Origin: Squalus acanthias | Lineage: Eukaryota | NCBI GenBank assembly: GCA_030390025.1 | Contig: CM059431.1 | Location: 106,642,001 to 106,706,000, forward strand | Direction of reading: 5' to 3' | DNA length: 64,000 nucleotides | In this document: positions 22,346 through 35,515 of the stretch, one piece after another | How the letters are laid out: every line of letters begins with the position of its first letter | How positions within the stretch are numbered: the stretch's first letter is position 1 | Position numbers and translations under genes: made by a program | Notes under the pieces: model-generated | Databases searched by the model: none | Told to the model about the DNA's origin: nothing | The model's input: only the letters and a program-made list of their open reading frames with translations

Positions 22346-23162
22346 TCAACTGACTACAAAATGCTATGGACAATATTTGCAGATTAAAGTTTAGGGTATT
22401 CACATGACACCCCTCTATGTGCTATTTTAATGAGCCATTAACCTATTTAAAATAAATGAATTAATACCTCTGTTGAAATACAGACAGTGAAATATCAGAC
22501 GAAAATATCGAGCATTTGTCTTTCTAGATTATGTTCCTCCTGTCTAAGTTAATTAGTACCTCTAAAACATGCCTATTTGCCATTTACATACACAGTAAAC
22601 AACACCTGTAAAAGATGGGAAAATGTGCAAATTGCATCTGTGGGTTTTTCTGTGGTGGAAATAGATTGTCTGATAAATTGGTTTAACTAGCGATTTGTTA
22701 GCTAATTGGGATGAACATCAAATCCGAAGTATTGATTAAAATTGGTCTGAATTGAAGTGATTTAAGTTATTTCACAGACTGGATGGCTTGCTACAGAATG
22801 CCGATGCATGTATAGAGAGGCATAATGCCCCCAATCTTCCTGTGCAACATCTTACACTTAGCCCCTCTCTGAGCTTAAACAGAACGGATGTCTGTCGCTA
22901 CTCTAAGAATGTCTTCAAAAACTGAGTTGCAGTTGGCCGGGTGGCGCGGCAAATTGTTTTAGCAAGGCGCTGTGCTACCGAGTGACAGGACACAGGATTG
23001 CACCAACAACTGCTCATTTGTGCATTCTCTAGCTGTTTGTACTGAGAACCTCAAAGATCTAAAAGAATAGGAGATGAAATAGCCGGAGTTAGGTACTGGC
23101 AATCTTGGGTTTTAAAAGCTCCTAAGATGTAGGAGGAAGGGAAGAATACTGTGGGAGATAAC

Positions 23163-23940
23163 GGCCTGGATTTTTCGGTAAAAGTAACGCTGAGGCTAAC
23201 AGCGTTCCCCGTTATTTTAAAGTGCAAACGGGGACAGCAAATTCCAGCGACCGTACATGCGCAGTTAAACGCGGAAATCAGGAAGTTGCTGTCCGAGTTG
23301 CCCCGCTTTTCCATAAGCTTCGCTACACCAGTATCTCGCCGAGAGACTCGACATCGAAGTCCATGCCTCAGCGTGAAGTTGCAGTGCTTACATGATAGAT
23401 ACCCTCTAAACTCATCAGAAAAAGTTTGGGCTTATTCATTCAAATGTAAGTTCATTTTTAATGGCATGATGAGTCTTAAATAATGCCAAACAACCTCACT
23501 GGCACTGAAAATTAACTTTTACAAGTGTGGAGTCTCATTCCTTCAGATTTTAATTATTGTTAGAGATTTAAAACAAATTAAATAACTAAAAATTAAAAGT
23601 TAATACTTTTTCTTTCTGTCTCTTTTATCTCTCTCTTAATCCCATATTTTTCCCCCTCTCTTTATTTTGCTTTCTGTACCTGATTTGACATTGAATTAAA
23701 TATTCTGACACTTCCTGGTTCAGACTCTGCGCTGCTCAATAAGGATTCTTCAATATGATTGGTTAAGGAGATATACAGTTGTCTGCCCTGTTCACTCAGG
23801 TCCCGGATCCCCTGTAGAGGGCGCTGTGCCAAAATGGCTTTCTAATCACAGCATGTTCCAGTGCAAAAGCCCATAGAAAGTGTGTGAGTGCAATGAACGA
23901 CTGGTGCTGTTCATTCGCTGCTGACTGCAAAGTCCGTCCC
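23163..23940. mobile_element. Harbinger-type MITE (about 780 bp)
   Basis: Imperfect TIRs GGCCTGGATTTTTCGGT / ACTGCAAAGTCCGTCCC; CpG-rich arms and AT-rich core as in M1. Confidence 0.6.
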
Positions 23941-24319
23941 AGTGATTTCCACAGTTTGTGGTCCTAGGAAAAAATGGGTTTGAATAGGATTTAGTCTTGA
24001 TTTAAGCACTCAGGATGGCAAAGTGTGTAGCACAGTATATTTGGAACTTCGGAGGAACAAGGCAGAAAGGCTGAGAGGAAAAATAACCATAGAGGTATTG
24101 ATAAAATATAGGAAGAAAAGTAAAATTGCAATGAATAGAGAACGGAGATGAGAGGTCGCATAGCCTATCAGATGCCAACCTCATTCCTCCTTGTCACACT
24201 CCCCACTCTGACCTCTTTCTCTTCAGGTTCCAATGAACCTCAACACAAGCTCAAGGAAGAGCACCTTAGCGTTCTATTAGGCTCTTTGCTGCTCTCTGGC
24301 CTTAATATTGATGTTACAA

Positions 24320-24810
24320 AAACTTGCATTACCTTTAACATAGTAAAATGTCCCAAGGCACTTCACAAGAGGCATTTGAAAAAAAATTGACACTGAGTCA
24401 CATAAGGAGATATTAGGACAGGTGACCAAAAGTTTGGGCAAAGAGGTAGGTTTTAAAGAGCACCTTAAAGGAGGAGAGAGAGGTAGCGAGGTGGAGAGGT
24501 TTAGGGAGGGAATTCCAGAGCTTAGCGCATAGGCAGCTGAAGGCACGGCCACCAATGGAGGGGTGATTAAAATCAGGGATGCGCAAGAGGCCAGAATTGA
24601 AGGAGCGCAGAGATCTCGGAGGGGTTTAGGGCTGGAGGAGGTTACAGAGATGGGGGCGGGGGGCGGTTCCATGGAGGGATTTGAAAATAAGGATTAGAAT
24701 TTTAAAATCGAGACATTGCCAGACCGGGAGGCAAAGTAGGTCAGCGAGCACAGGGGTGATGGTTGAATGGGTTAGGATACGGGCAGCAGAGTTTCGGATG
24801 AGCTCAAGTT
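24320..24810 (-). mobile_element. L2-clade LINE 3' fragment
   Basis: Reverse complement colinear with 961-1298 and 39380-39500. Confidence 0.8.
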
Positions 24811-25094
24811 GATGTAATATGCTTCAGACCTGAACTACAGCTCCAAATTTATCGTTGTCAGGAAATGCTGGCAATGCGACATGGGTGTGCTGAGATTTTG
24901 AGGGGAGAGATGGATTGGTGCTTATGGACTCTGTCGCAGCAACATATTACTTCAGGCTGTTAACCGTTTTCTGTTTTGCACTTAAGCACTTTACAGGTCA
25001 TTCTACTTCTTCCCTTGTGTGTGTGTGTGTTATTTCCCTCGCTCTTCGTTTTGTTCTGTTCCTCTTTAGACGTTGTTTATCTGTTATTTCTTCC

Positions 25095-25129
25095 AGTTCT
25101 GATGAGGGGTTTACATTGAAACGTTAACT
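25095..25129 (+). ncRNA. Degenerate hammerhead motif (family Y) in Penelope terminal repeat 25080-25222
   Basis: AGUU-CUGAUGA-(weak stem II)-GAAA-CGUU-AACU. Confidence 0.55.
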
Positions 25130-26429
25130 CACCTGCTCTCTCCACAGCTGCTGACTGGCCCGCTAAGCGTTTCCAGCATTTTCTGTTTTTGTTTCGGATT
25201 TCCAACATCTGCAGTTTTTTTCCTTGTTCTTCAAGCTTTTCTTCTATTCTACTCCGAAGAGTGACAAAGAAGTTTTCCGCCGACATTGGGAAATCACTTG
25301 TTAGAGGCCACTTTGGCAGCAGTTAAGAGCCTGTCTACCTTTTTAGCGGGGGATGGAGCGTAGTGCAGGAGCACACAGAAGAGAGGGTGAAGGGAAGTTT
25401 ACAAAATGACATGAAGAAGGGTTAGGTTGTATTATTTGAATCTATTCATTAGTGGCTCTGTAATTTGTGGCTGTTTCCTTTGGCTGTCTGATCATGGCGT
25501 GCTGGCGAATATGTTTTTATCCTTCAATGGTACAGTGCTGAGTACGAGTCAGACGGCCCTGCAATATGGCGGAGTCTCTCTCTGCTTGCATAATGTCTTT
25601 AGAATCCAAACTCAATTTAGAGTTGGAGCCCGAAATAAATACTGATCTCTACAACTGAGACACTAACAAAATTATGCTGTTGAATTAACCAACAACTTTC
25701 GGTCTTATTTTCTCTCACTAATTCTTTTTTCTTTCTATTTGATCTCTTCCTTTAGAATTGTACATAATGCCCGCAATAAAACAATACTAACTCAGATTAT
25801 AATCTACTTGTCTAACTTACAGCAATCATTTTCTAGAAAGAATAGTTATACACTTTCTTAGCTTATGACATGAGTTGTTATGTAACAAGCTCATCATATG
25901 CATAATTATTGTTTGTAGAAAGTGGTTTACTATAAATGTGTTACATGTATATCTCCAGCCGGGCAGTATTTCCAACCACCTTGAAATACCTTCTGGATGA
26001 AGAAGAGCTCAGGATCATATTTAGAGCCCGGAGGTTCCCTGGCCTCTGGCAGGGAGTTGCGTCATTCTGGAACGGAGAGATGGTGCGGCAGATCTTGAGG
26101 CTTTCCTACAGCAGATGAAAGAGGTGGCTAGCAAGTTGCCTGATCAAAAAACTGTGTTTTTAAAAAAATGCAAGCTTTATAAGTGTTGGATTTGTATGGC
26201 GGCGCTTTGAGAGTGCTTACACAGATCAATGTTCAGGTCCCAGTACACCTTCTGAATGCTGGGTTGTGGGTCCTAACAGGCAGCCCCTTAATCCAGCGTT
26301 TTGGCAGTGCAAATGGTAGGAAAGACAGTGGAGGCCATGTTTTCCTCATATGTATCTCTACCATGCACCCACAGATGGCCAAGTACGGTTTCCCCCAGTG
26401 CATATGCAATCTGTGTTTGGTGATTGTCT

Positions 26430-28046
26430 GTAGCGGTTTGATACAACTGAATGGCTTGCTAAGCCAATACAGAGGGCAGTTAAGAGTCAATCACATTGGT
26501 GTGGGTCTGGAGTCACATTTTGGCCACACCAGGCAAGGATGGCATGTTTCTTTCTCTAAAGGACATTAGTGAACTAGTTGTTTTTTTTTACCAATATCTT
26601 CATGGTCACTTTTACTGATACCAGCGTTTAAAAAAAAACTGAATTCAAATTTACCAAATGTCATGGTGGAACGAACTCACAGATTCTGGATTTCAAAAGC
26701 GAAAGTCTTGCTTCACTAACCTCATTGAATTTTTTGAAAAGGTAACAGAGAGAGTAGACAAGGGTAATGTAGTAGATGTAATTTATCTAGATTTTCAAAA
26801 GGCCTTCGATAAGGTACCACATCATAGACTGATGAATAAGGTCAGAGAATGCGGTGTCGTGCGACAAGTAGAAGAATGGATAGCTAGCTGGCTTCAAGAC
26901 AGAAAGCAGAGAGATGGGGTAAAGGGTAACTATTCACAGTGGCAGAAGGTGGGTAGTGGTGTTCCACAAGGATCAGTGCTGGGATCACTGTTGTTCACAA
27001 TTTATATTAACGATTTGGACTTTGGAATCAAAAACACAATTTCTAAATTTGCGGATGAAACCAAATTGGGGTGGGGGGCGGGGGGAGAGTCAACACTGAA
27101 CAGGACTAGAACAAATTACAGGAGGACATTAATAAACTTGCAGAATGGACATATAATTAGCAAATGAATTTCAACACAGATAAATGTGAGGTATTACATT
27201 TTGGTACGAGGAATAGGGAGCTCATTTATTACTTGGCGGGTGCGACTCTGGGTGGGGTAGAGAAGCAAAGGGATCTCAGAGTACAAATACACAATTCACT
27301 AAAAGTAGTGACACAGGTTAGCAAGGCCATAAGAAAAGCAAACCAAGTGCTAGGGTTTATTTCTAGAGGAATAGAATTGAAAAGTAGTGAAGTTATGCTA
27401 AACCTGTATCGAACCTTGGTTAGACCACACTTGGAGTACTGCGTACAATTCTGGTCGCCATATTATAAAAAGGATATAGAGGCACTGGAAAGGGTGCAGA
27501 GAAGATTTACAAGGATGATACCAGAAATGCGAGGGTATACCTATCAGGAAAGGATGAACAGGCTGGGTCTCTTTTCTTTTGAAAAATGATTGCTGAAGGG
27601 TGACCTAATAGAGGTCTTTAAAATTATGAAAGGTTTTGATAGAGTGGAGACAGAGAGAATGTTTCCACTTGTGGGGAAGAGCAAAACTAGAGGCCATCAA
27701 TATAAGATAGTCACTAAGAAATCCAATAGGGAATTCAGGAGAAACTTCTTTACCCAGAGAGTGGTGAGAATGTGGAACTCACTACCACAGTGGATGAGGC
27801 AAATAATATTGATGCATTGAAGGGGAGGCTAGATAAGCATATGAGGGAGAAGGGAATAGACGGTAAATCTGATAGAGTTAGATGAGGAAAGACGGGAGGA
27901 GACTCGAGTGGAGCATAAATGCAGGCATGGACTGGTTGGGCCGAATGGCCTGACCCTGTGCCTTTATATTTTATGTGATTATATGTAATCCTGTGGATTA
28001 TTAGTCTAGGCCTCTGGATTACTAGGCCAGTAATGTAACCACTGCA
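26430..28046 (-). mobile_element. tRNA-derived SINE (family A tail type) split by the CR1 at about 26692-27990
   Basis: Body 26430-26690 and head 27995-28046 match the + copy at 52540-53430. Confidence 0.75.
26692..27990 (+). mobile_element. 5'-truncated CR1 LINE with RT domain
   Basis: [56 protein letters not shown]; frameshifts. Confidence 0.95.
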
Positions 28047-28220
28047 TAATTGTACCTCTGTTCTATAGTAGCAGAGTTCTAATTAACTGCTTGCTTGTTC
28101 TTCTTAGCCAAAGAATGATGGTTGGTGCACATATACGAGGAAACATTGAAATAACAACAGAAAACGCTGGAAAAACTCAGCAGGCCAGGCAACATCCGTG
28201 GAGAGAGAAACAGAGTTAAT

Positions 28221-28964
28221 TGCCCAAAAATTAGTGCCGCTACGCGAGAGTACGCACTGTGTACTCTCGCGTATTCTGTCTCCAATTGCCGGTTTTCTGC
28301 ATGCACTGCGCATGCGCTGAAAACCGGCACTTGGTGAATCCAAAAGGGGGCGGTTCCTAGGTGCACCGCGTGCGCGCTACAGGCTGCGCGCACGCAGTGC
28401 ACTTAGTGCTTTGGACGCGCAGGTAAGCATGGAAGATTTTAGACATAAAGAAAGGAGGTGTAAGACCCTCTTTTAACAAGGTAAGTACTTAATTAAGTAT
28501 TATTTTGAATTTTTTTTAACAGGTATATCTTTTTTAGAGACTTTAAAGACAGGTAAGTTTATTTTTATAACTTTTTAAAAGATTTTAAATTTTTTCAAAA
28601 ATTTAATTTTTTGTTTAAAATGGTTAATTTATTTAACTATACTTATTTTATTAATGTGATGGTTTTTAAAAAAAAATTAATTGAGGTTTAGCTGTTCTTT
28701 TGGGGGGGTATAGTATTCATAGCTTTCACAGCCGTGCTGTGAAAGCTATGAATGAAAGATGGTGTGATGCCATTGGCTCTAACTGAGTCACGTGATCCCA
28801 CAGCTCGCACGAATTAACTACGCCTGTGGGATATGAAAGCCCTGCACAGCTGCTGTCCAGAACATCAAGTTCGTGCGAGCTCGGACTGAAAAAGCCAGCG
28901 CGCAGTGAGAGATCGCGGGAAGGCCTTACCCTCGCACGAAGGCTCACTCACTAATTTTTGGGCC
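28221..28964 (+). mobile_element. Harbinger-type MITE M1, diverged copy 3
   Basis: TIRs TGCCCAAAAATTAGTG / CACTAATTTTTGGGCC, perfect AAT TSD (28218-20, 28965-67), homologous to 2724-3486. Confidence 0.9.
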
Positions 28965-28997
28965 AATGTTTCATGTCGAAGACCCTTCGTCAGAACT
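28965..28997 (-). ncRNA. Hammerhead motif (family Y) broken at the cleavage triplet by the MITE
   Basis: AGUU-CUGACGA-AGGGUC uuc GACAU-GAAA-CAUU, with the stem I partner AACU displaced to 28214-28217. Confidence 0.7.
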
Positions 28998-29299
28998 GAG
29001 AAAAAAGCAGGAAATGAAACAGATGAAAAAGCAAGTTGGAGGCTGGGGGAAGGAATAAAAGAACAAAAGTGGGAGGAGGTCTGTGAGAAGTAGAGACATT
29101 AAGAGATGCTCAAGGCAAGACAAGATGGTAATAGGACAGGTTAAGAAAGAAAAGATGGCTCAGAAGTGTGAAATGCGCTGGCAGAATGAAAGACAGCTGC
29201 CACGTGGGAGAGAGAGAAAAAAGGAAAAAGGCACAAACCAAAAGTGTGGATAAAAAAAAGATATATATATATATATATATGGTAGGGACCGAGGTTATG

Positions 29300-30998
29300 A
29301 TCTGAAATTGTTGAACTCGATATTGAGTTGTAGGCTGTAAAGTGCCTAATCGGAAGATGAGGTGCTGTTCCTCGAGCTTACGCTGAGCTTCCGTGGAACA
29401 ATGCAAGAGGCCGAGGACGGTGAGGTCTGAGTGGGCGTGGAGCGGTGAATTGAAATGACAGGCGACCGGAAGCTCGGGGTCACCCCTACGGAATGAACGG
29501 AGGTGTTCCACAAAGCGGTCACCCAATCTGCGTTTGGTCTCCCCAATGTAGAGGAGACCACATCGTGAGCAGCGAATACAGTATACTAGATTGCAAGAAG
29601 TACAAGTAAATCGCTGTTTCACCTGGAAGGGGTGTTTGAGGCCCTGGAGAGTGGGTAGGGGGGATATATAAGGGCAGGTGTTGCATCTCCTGCGCTTGCA
29701 CGGGAAGGTGCCGGGCGAGGGGGAAGGGGTGCTGGGGGTGATAAAGGAGTGGACCAGGGTGTCGCTTCGGGAGCGGTCCCTACGGAATGCTGAAAGGGGA
29801 GGTGAGGGGAAGATACGTTTGGTGGTGGGATCACGCTGGAGGTGACGGAAATGGCGGAGGATGATCCATTGAATGTGGAGGCTGGTGGGGTGAAAGGTGA
29901 GGACAAGGGGAACTCTATCGTGGTTCCGGGAGGGAGGGGCCGGGGTGAGGGCAGAAGTGCGGGAGATAGAACGGACACGGTCGAGGGCCGTGTCGACCAT
30001 GGTAGAGGGGAATCCTTGGTTGAGGAAAAAAGAAGACATGTCAGAAGCACTGGTATGGAAGGTGGCATCGTCGGAGCAGATGCGGCTGAGACGGAGAAAC
30101 TGGGAGAAGGGAATAGAGTTCTTACAGGAGGCGGGGTGGGAGGAAGTGTAGTCCAGGTAGCTGTGGGAGTCAGTGGGCTTGTAGTGAATGTTGGTCAATG
30201 ACCTATCCCCAGAGATGGAGACAGAGAAGTCGAGGAAGGGAAGGGAAGAGTCGGAGATGGACCATGTGAAGGTGAGGGAAGGGTGGAAATTGGAGGCAAA
30301 GTGAATGAAATTGTTTAGTTCAGGGCGAGAGCAGGAAACGGCACCGATACAGTCATCAATGTACCGGAAAAAGAGATGAGAGAGGGGACCCGAGTAGGAC
30401 TGGAACAAAGAGTGTTCCACATATCCCACGAAAAGGCAGGCATAGCTAGGACCCATGCGGGTACCCATAGCAACACCTTTGATTTGGAGGAAATGAGTGG
30501 AGTCAAAGGAGAAGTTGTTCAATGTGAGAACAAGTTCAGCCAGGCGGAGGAGGGTGCTGGTGGATGGGGACTGATTGGGCCTCTGTTCAAGGAAGAAGCG
30601 GAGCGCCCTCAGGCCATACTGGTGGGGGATGGAGGTGTAGAGGGATTGTATGTCCATGGTGAAAAGGAGGCGGTTGGGGCCAGGAAACTGTAAACTGTTA
30701 AAGTGGCGGAGGGCGTTAGAGGAGTCGCGGATGTAGGTTGGAAGAGACTGGACAAGGGGAGAAAAAATAGAGTTGTGATAGGAAGAGATAAGTTCCGTGG
30801 GGCAAGAACAGGCTGAAACGATGGGTCTACCAGGGCAGTCCTGTTTGTGGATCTTGGAAGGAGGTAGAAGCGGGCTGTGCGGGGTTGGGGAACTATGAGG
30901 TTGGCGGCCGTGGGGGGAAGATCTCCAGAGGAGATGAGGTCAGTGACAGTCTTGGAAATGGTGGCTTGATGTTCGGTAGTGGGGTCATGGTCCAGGTG
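29300..30998 (-). pseudogene. Penelope reverse transcriptase + GIY-YIG endonuclease ORF (frameshifts near 30855 and 29330)
   Basis: PRTARFYLLP, MDIQSLYTSIPH, GVAMGTRMGPSYA, RYIDD, LPFLD, YKPTD, CxxxRCxTC, NLVYCIRCSRCGLLYIGETKRRLGDRFVEH. Confidence 0.95.
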
Positions 30999-32309
30999 GA
31001 GGTGTGAAAGAGGGACAGATTTTCCATGAAACAGCATTTCATTGCATGACTCATTTTGTGGTGTGTGTAATTTTCCAATTGTCCACTGAAGAGATTTTCT
31101 AGATTAGCTGCTTTATGTGTTTACACAGTTGATGGAGGATAGATCGGCAGTTCAAACAAACTGAGCTTTGGCTGGTAACTTAATAAGGGAATCACACCAT
31201 CAACACCCTTTGTGAAAATCCAACAACTGCAAAGAGTTATCATTAACTTTTAACATCCTTTTATTTGTTGCTGGCTTTTTTTTCGGTTGTTTTCTTGAAT
31301 TATATTCTGTTATGCAGTAAATGCAGATGAGCTACACGATCAGGGGAGCTTGCAGGAAAACCTATTGAGCCTTGACAGAGCAAGGGAGTTGAATTGCTAT
31401 CAACAGAAATAGTTATTAAGCACAGTGATATTTCAGCTTCGACTGTGCGAGTCAGTTCATCTCATTCACACCACCAAGGCAGTAGTTTTGACGATATATG
31501 GCATCAACACTCACTGCTTAAACAAATATAATGAAAGTGACTTAGGCTCTTAAAATTAACAATAATTATTTGCAATTATTGATTTTTTTGAAAGGTATAC
31601 TGATGGTGAAACAAGCTTAGCCATTAATAACCTTGCACCATTTTGGATTGATAGAATGGCTGGTTGAGTAGCAAGCATGTGAAAATACTATGGGCATGCA
31701 TTGCTATGGTACCATTGTTCTTTCTTGCCCACAATAGAAATCTGACCAATGCTCAGAATAGCTCATCAAGATAAATAGAACTGTGACAGCTTAGATTTTC
31801 CACTGACTTGGATTGACTATATCACCACAAACCCTGAAAGGGTTCTTCAATTTTTAAACATTAAGGCTAATAATCACGATTTCTCGAAAGATAACCTGGG
31901 ACCGGGAATATTTGTAAAATGTCAGAAATACAAGGCTTTTTGCTGAACATTACATTTCTTCACGAGCTTTATACAGCGAAATAAAACATTGTGCCTGGGA
32001 AAATGCAGCACATGTTTGGAATTTAAAAGGCCCATTCCTGTAAGCACTTTGCATTATTCATAACTACAGTAGCTTGTCAGCACTTAGAGTGTAGTCAAAC
32101 ATAAATGATGCAGCAACATCTTTGTTCAAATGCAATGTTACTAAATTATACAACACATTGTGTAGTCTAGTACTTTAAGTACAGTGCATTTTTAAATGTA
32201 ATATGAAAAATTAAAGTCTCATCTTAAAGGCTTTTCCTCTAGATAATCAGATTTGATTGCACTAATAGTTATTTGCTCCATTTATATAGATATTTTTTAT
32301 TTTTTTATT

Positions 32310-32888
32310 TTTATTCGTTTTATGGGATGTGGACGTCACTGGCAAGGCCAGCATTTATTGCCCATCACTAATTGCCCTTGAGAAGGTGGTGGTGAGCCGC
32401 CTTCTTGAACCGCTGCAGTCCGTGGGGTGAAGGTGCTCCCAGTGCTGTTAGGGAGGGAGTTCCAGGATTTAGACCCAGCGGTGATGAAGGATCGGCCGAT
32501 ATATTTCCAAGTCAGGATGGTGGGTGACTTGGAGGGGAACTTGGAGGTGATGGTGTCCCCATGCACCTGCTGCCCTTGTCCTTCTAGGTGGAAGAGGTCG
32601 TGGGTTTGGAAGATGCTGCCGAAGGAGCCTTGGCGAGTTGCTGCAGTGCATCTTGTAGATGGTGCACACTGCAGCCATGGTACGCCGGTGGTGGAGGGAG
32701 TGAATGTTTAAGGTGGTGGATGGGGTGCCAATCAAGTGGGCTGCTTTGTCCTGGATAGTGTCGAGCTTCTTGAGTGTTGTTGGAGCTGCACTCATCCAGG
32801 CAAGTAGAGAGTATTCCATCATACTCCTTACTTGTGCCTTGTAGATGGTGGAAAGGCTTTGGGGTGTCAGGAGGTAAGACACTCGCAC
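32310..32888 (-). mobile_element. LINE family A 3' fragment
   Basis: ORF 32469-32888 RVSYLLTPQSLSTIYKAQVRS.. plus tail. Confidence 0.9.
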
Positions 32889-32904
32889 AATAAAGGAAAT
32901 GATT

Positions 32905-33325
32905 CATAGAAACATAGAAACATAGAAAAATAGGAGCAGGAGTAGGCCATTCGGCCCTTCGAGCCTGCTCCGCCATTCAACACGATCATGGCTAATGCTC
33001 TATCTCAATACCATATTCCCGCTCTCTCCCATGATCTTATTGAATGGCGGAGCAGGTTCATAGGGACGAATGGCAAAAGAACCAGAGGCGAGATGAGGAA
33101 AAACTTTATTATGCAGCGAGTTATTATGATCTGGAATGCACTGCCTGATAGGGTGGTGGATACAGATTCAATAGTAGCCTTCAAAGGGGAATTGGATAAA
33201 TACTTGAAGGAGAAAAAATTACAGGGCTATGAAGAAAGAATGGGGGTGAGACTAATTGGATTCCTCTACGAAAGCTGACTCGATGGGCCGAATGGCCTCC
33301 TTCTGCACTTCAAGATTCTATGATC
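32905..33325. mobile_element. Cluster of CR1 3' ends in both orientations
   Basis: (CATAGAAA)n tail on -, then + fragment F..QRV..IWNALP..FKGELDKYL. Confidence 0.8.
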
Positions 33326-33921
33326 GGGAACGAAGGTGTCGGCTGGTTAAACATCTGGCCGGGCGGGTCCTGTGGAGCCTCTTGAGGGAGCCGCTCTGAC
33401 ATTCTGAGACGTCCGCGGGGGTGGGTTGGGGGGTTTGGTGGGGGTGGTTTGGGGGAGGGCTGTGACACTGCTAATGCTCGGACGAAAGTTCCACACTTCT
33501 GCATGATAGCACTGGAATTCCAAACTCTTGTAACAATAGACTTAAGTATATTTAAAAAGGGAAATGATCTTTAATCTGTTTTGCACAGGCTATCGAGGCC
33601 GTAGACTGTGATTCCAACAGGCAATTGCTGTGATATCAATGACTCAAGATAGCATCGGCAGAAATTAATTAGCAAGCAACAAAAAACGAGTATGTCCAAG
33701 GAAGAGAGAGAGAAAGTGATCAGAAAAAGTTTAATGAAACTTTTAGTGTCATGCTTAAAATCTTGTATCAATTCTTATCTTATGACCTTCCTTTGTTGTC
33801 TACCTCTTCAGGTCCCTGGGCTGCAGATGCTCAACTCACTCGTTTTATCTATGACAGCAAAAAATCTTGCAGTGAGCAATCATACTTGTCCATGCTGCTT
33901 TCTAGTTCTCTCTCTCTCTCT

Positions 33922-34525
33922 CTGTCTTAGGCAGTCCCTCGGAACCGAGGATGACTTGCTTCCACACTAAAAATGAGTTCTCAGGTGACTGATGAGTCCA
34001 ATGTGGGACCTACAGTCTCTGTCACAGGTGGGGCAGACGGTGGTTGAAGGGGCGGGTGGGTGGGGTGCTTGGGTTGACGTGCGCTCCTTCCGCTGTTTGC
34101 GCTTGGCTTCCGCTTGCTCCCGGCGAAGAGACTCGAGGTGTTCGGCGCCTTCCCGGATGCTTCTCTTCCACTTTGTGTGGTCTTGGGCCAGAGATTCCCA
34201 GGTGTCGGTGGGGATGTTGCACTTTTTCAAGGAGGCTTTGAGGGTATCCTTGAAGCGTTTCCTCTGCTCACCTGGGGCTCTCTTGCCATGTCGGAGCTCC
34301 GAGTAGAGCGCTTGTTTTGGGAGTCTCATATCGGGCATGCGGACGATGTGGCCCGTCCATCGCAGCTGATTGAGCGTGGTCAAAGCTTCGATGCTGGGGA
34401 TGTTGGCCTGCGCGAGAACACTGACGTTGGTGCGCCTATCCTGCCAATGGATTTGCAGGATCTTGCGGATGCAGTGTTGGTGGTACCTCTCCAGTGCTTT
34501 GAGGTGCCTGCTGTACATAGTCCAT
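33922..34525 (-). mobile_element. RTE-clade LINE 3' fragment, open frame
   Basis: LERYHQHCIRKILQIHWQDRRTN..QLRWTGHIVRMPDMRLPKQALYSEL..RKRFKDTLK..CPTCDRDCRSHIGLISHLRTH. Confidence 0.9.
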
Positions 34526-35244
34526 GTCTCTAGTTACCTCACTGGTTGCAAGTGAACTTGTGGTTAACTGGATTGTTCTGCAGATCGGTTGGCTTCTATC
34601 AACTGATAGGACAAGTTATTGAGTCAGATTTGCAGCATTTTCCCCTTGTTATTCAGAGCTTTCTGGCCAGATCTCAGTCTCGACTGTGCAGTCGAGAACA
34701 GGAGATGAGTGCATGCCAGCTGCTTCCCCTGGAGGCAAGTCGCACCAAGCCACCCTTGTGCACCCCAGCAACCATTCAGCAGAGTTGCTCTTGTCATTGT
34801 TACTGAGCCTTCTTTAAGTATCTAATGACAAATTGTTATTTAGGCTTTTATTTAAATGTTTCTAAGTGTGAAGCTGCGAATATTCAAACATCCTAACCCT
34901 GCAGCTTATATAATGGGGATTGATCCCTGTCCACTCTGATGTTCCCTTTCCTTTCCTAATTGAGGCATGACTTTCACCGCTCCTGGTAAATGATGAACCT
35001 ATCTCTGTCCACATGGAATCCGTTGTCTCGCAGGTATACTGACGGCTGTTACTTTCTACATCATTTCAGAAAATCAGGTATGAAAATAGACTGTAAAAAG
35101 GAAAAACTTGCAGGGTTATGGGGAAAGAGCAAGGGAGTGGGACTAATTGGATAGCTCTTTCAAAGAGCACAATGGGCCGAATGGTCTCATTCTGTTCTGT
35201 AAGATTCTATAATTCTATAACAGGTAGTCCCCTCTACACAACGT

Positions 35245-35515
35245 CTTCTTCTTCTTAGGCAGTCCCTCGGAATCGAGGATGACTTGCTTCCACATTAAAA
35301 ATGAATTTGCAGGTGACTGATGAGTCCAATGCAGGACCTACAGTCTCTGTCACAGGTGGGGCAGACGGTGGTTGAAGGGGCGGGTGGGTGGGGTGCTTGG
35401 GTTGACGTGCGCTCTTTGCGCTGCCTGCGCTTGGCTTCCGCTTGCTCCCGGCGAAGAGACTCGAGGTGTTCGGCGCCTTCCCGGATGCTTCTCCTCCACT
35501 TTGTGCGGTCTTCAG
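35245..35515 (-). mobile_element. RTE-clade LINE short 3' fragment with (GAA)n tail
   Basis: Nearly identical to 33926-34185. Confidence 0.9.

Larger units (their letters stand above)
28141..30998 (-). mobile_element. Penelope-like element, 5'-truncated, with 3' terminal repeat split by MITE M1 copy 3
   Basis: RT+GIY-YIG ORF, 3' UTR, hammerhead-bearing repeat at 28965-28997 continuing at 28141-28220. Confidence 0.9.

Noticed and set aside
33986..34020. CTGATGAGTCC..GGGAC hammerhead-like start (also at 35317)
   Set aside because: Followed by CTAC, not GAAA; it is the antisense of RTE coding sequence HIGLISH.
34658..34735. Possible exon with polypyrimidine-AG and GC-type donor
   Set aside because: Non-canonical donor and unrecognised peptide; insufficient support.
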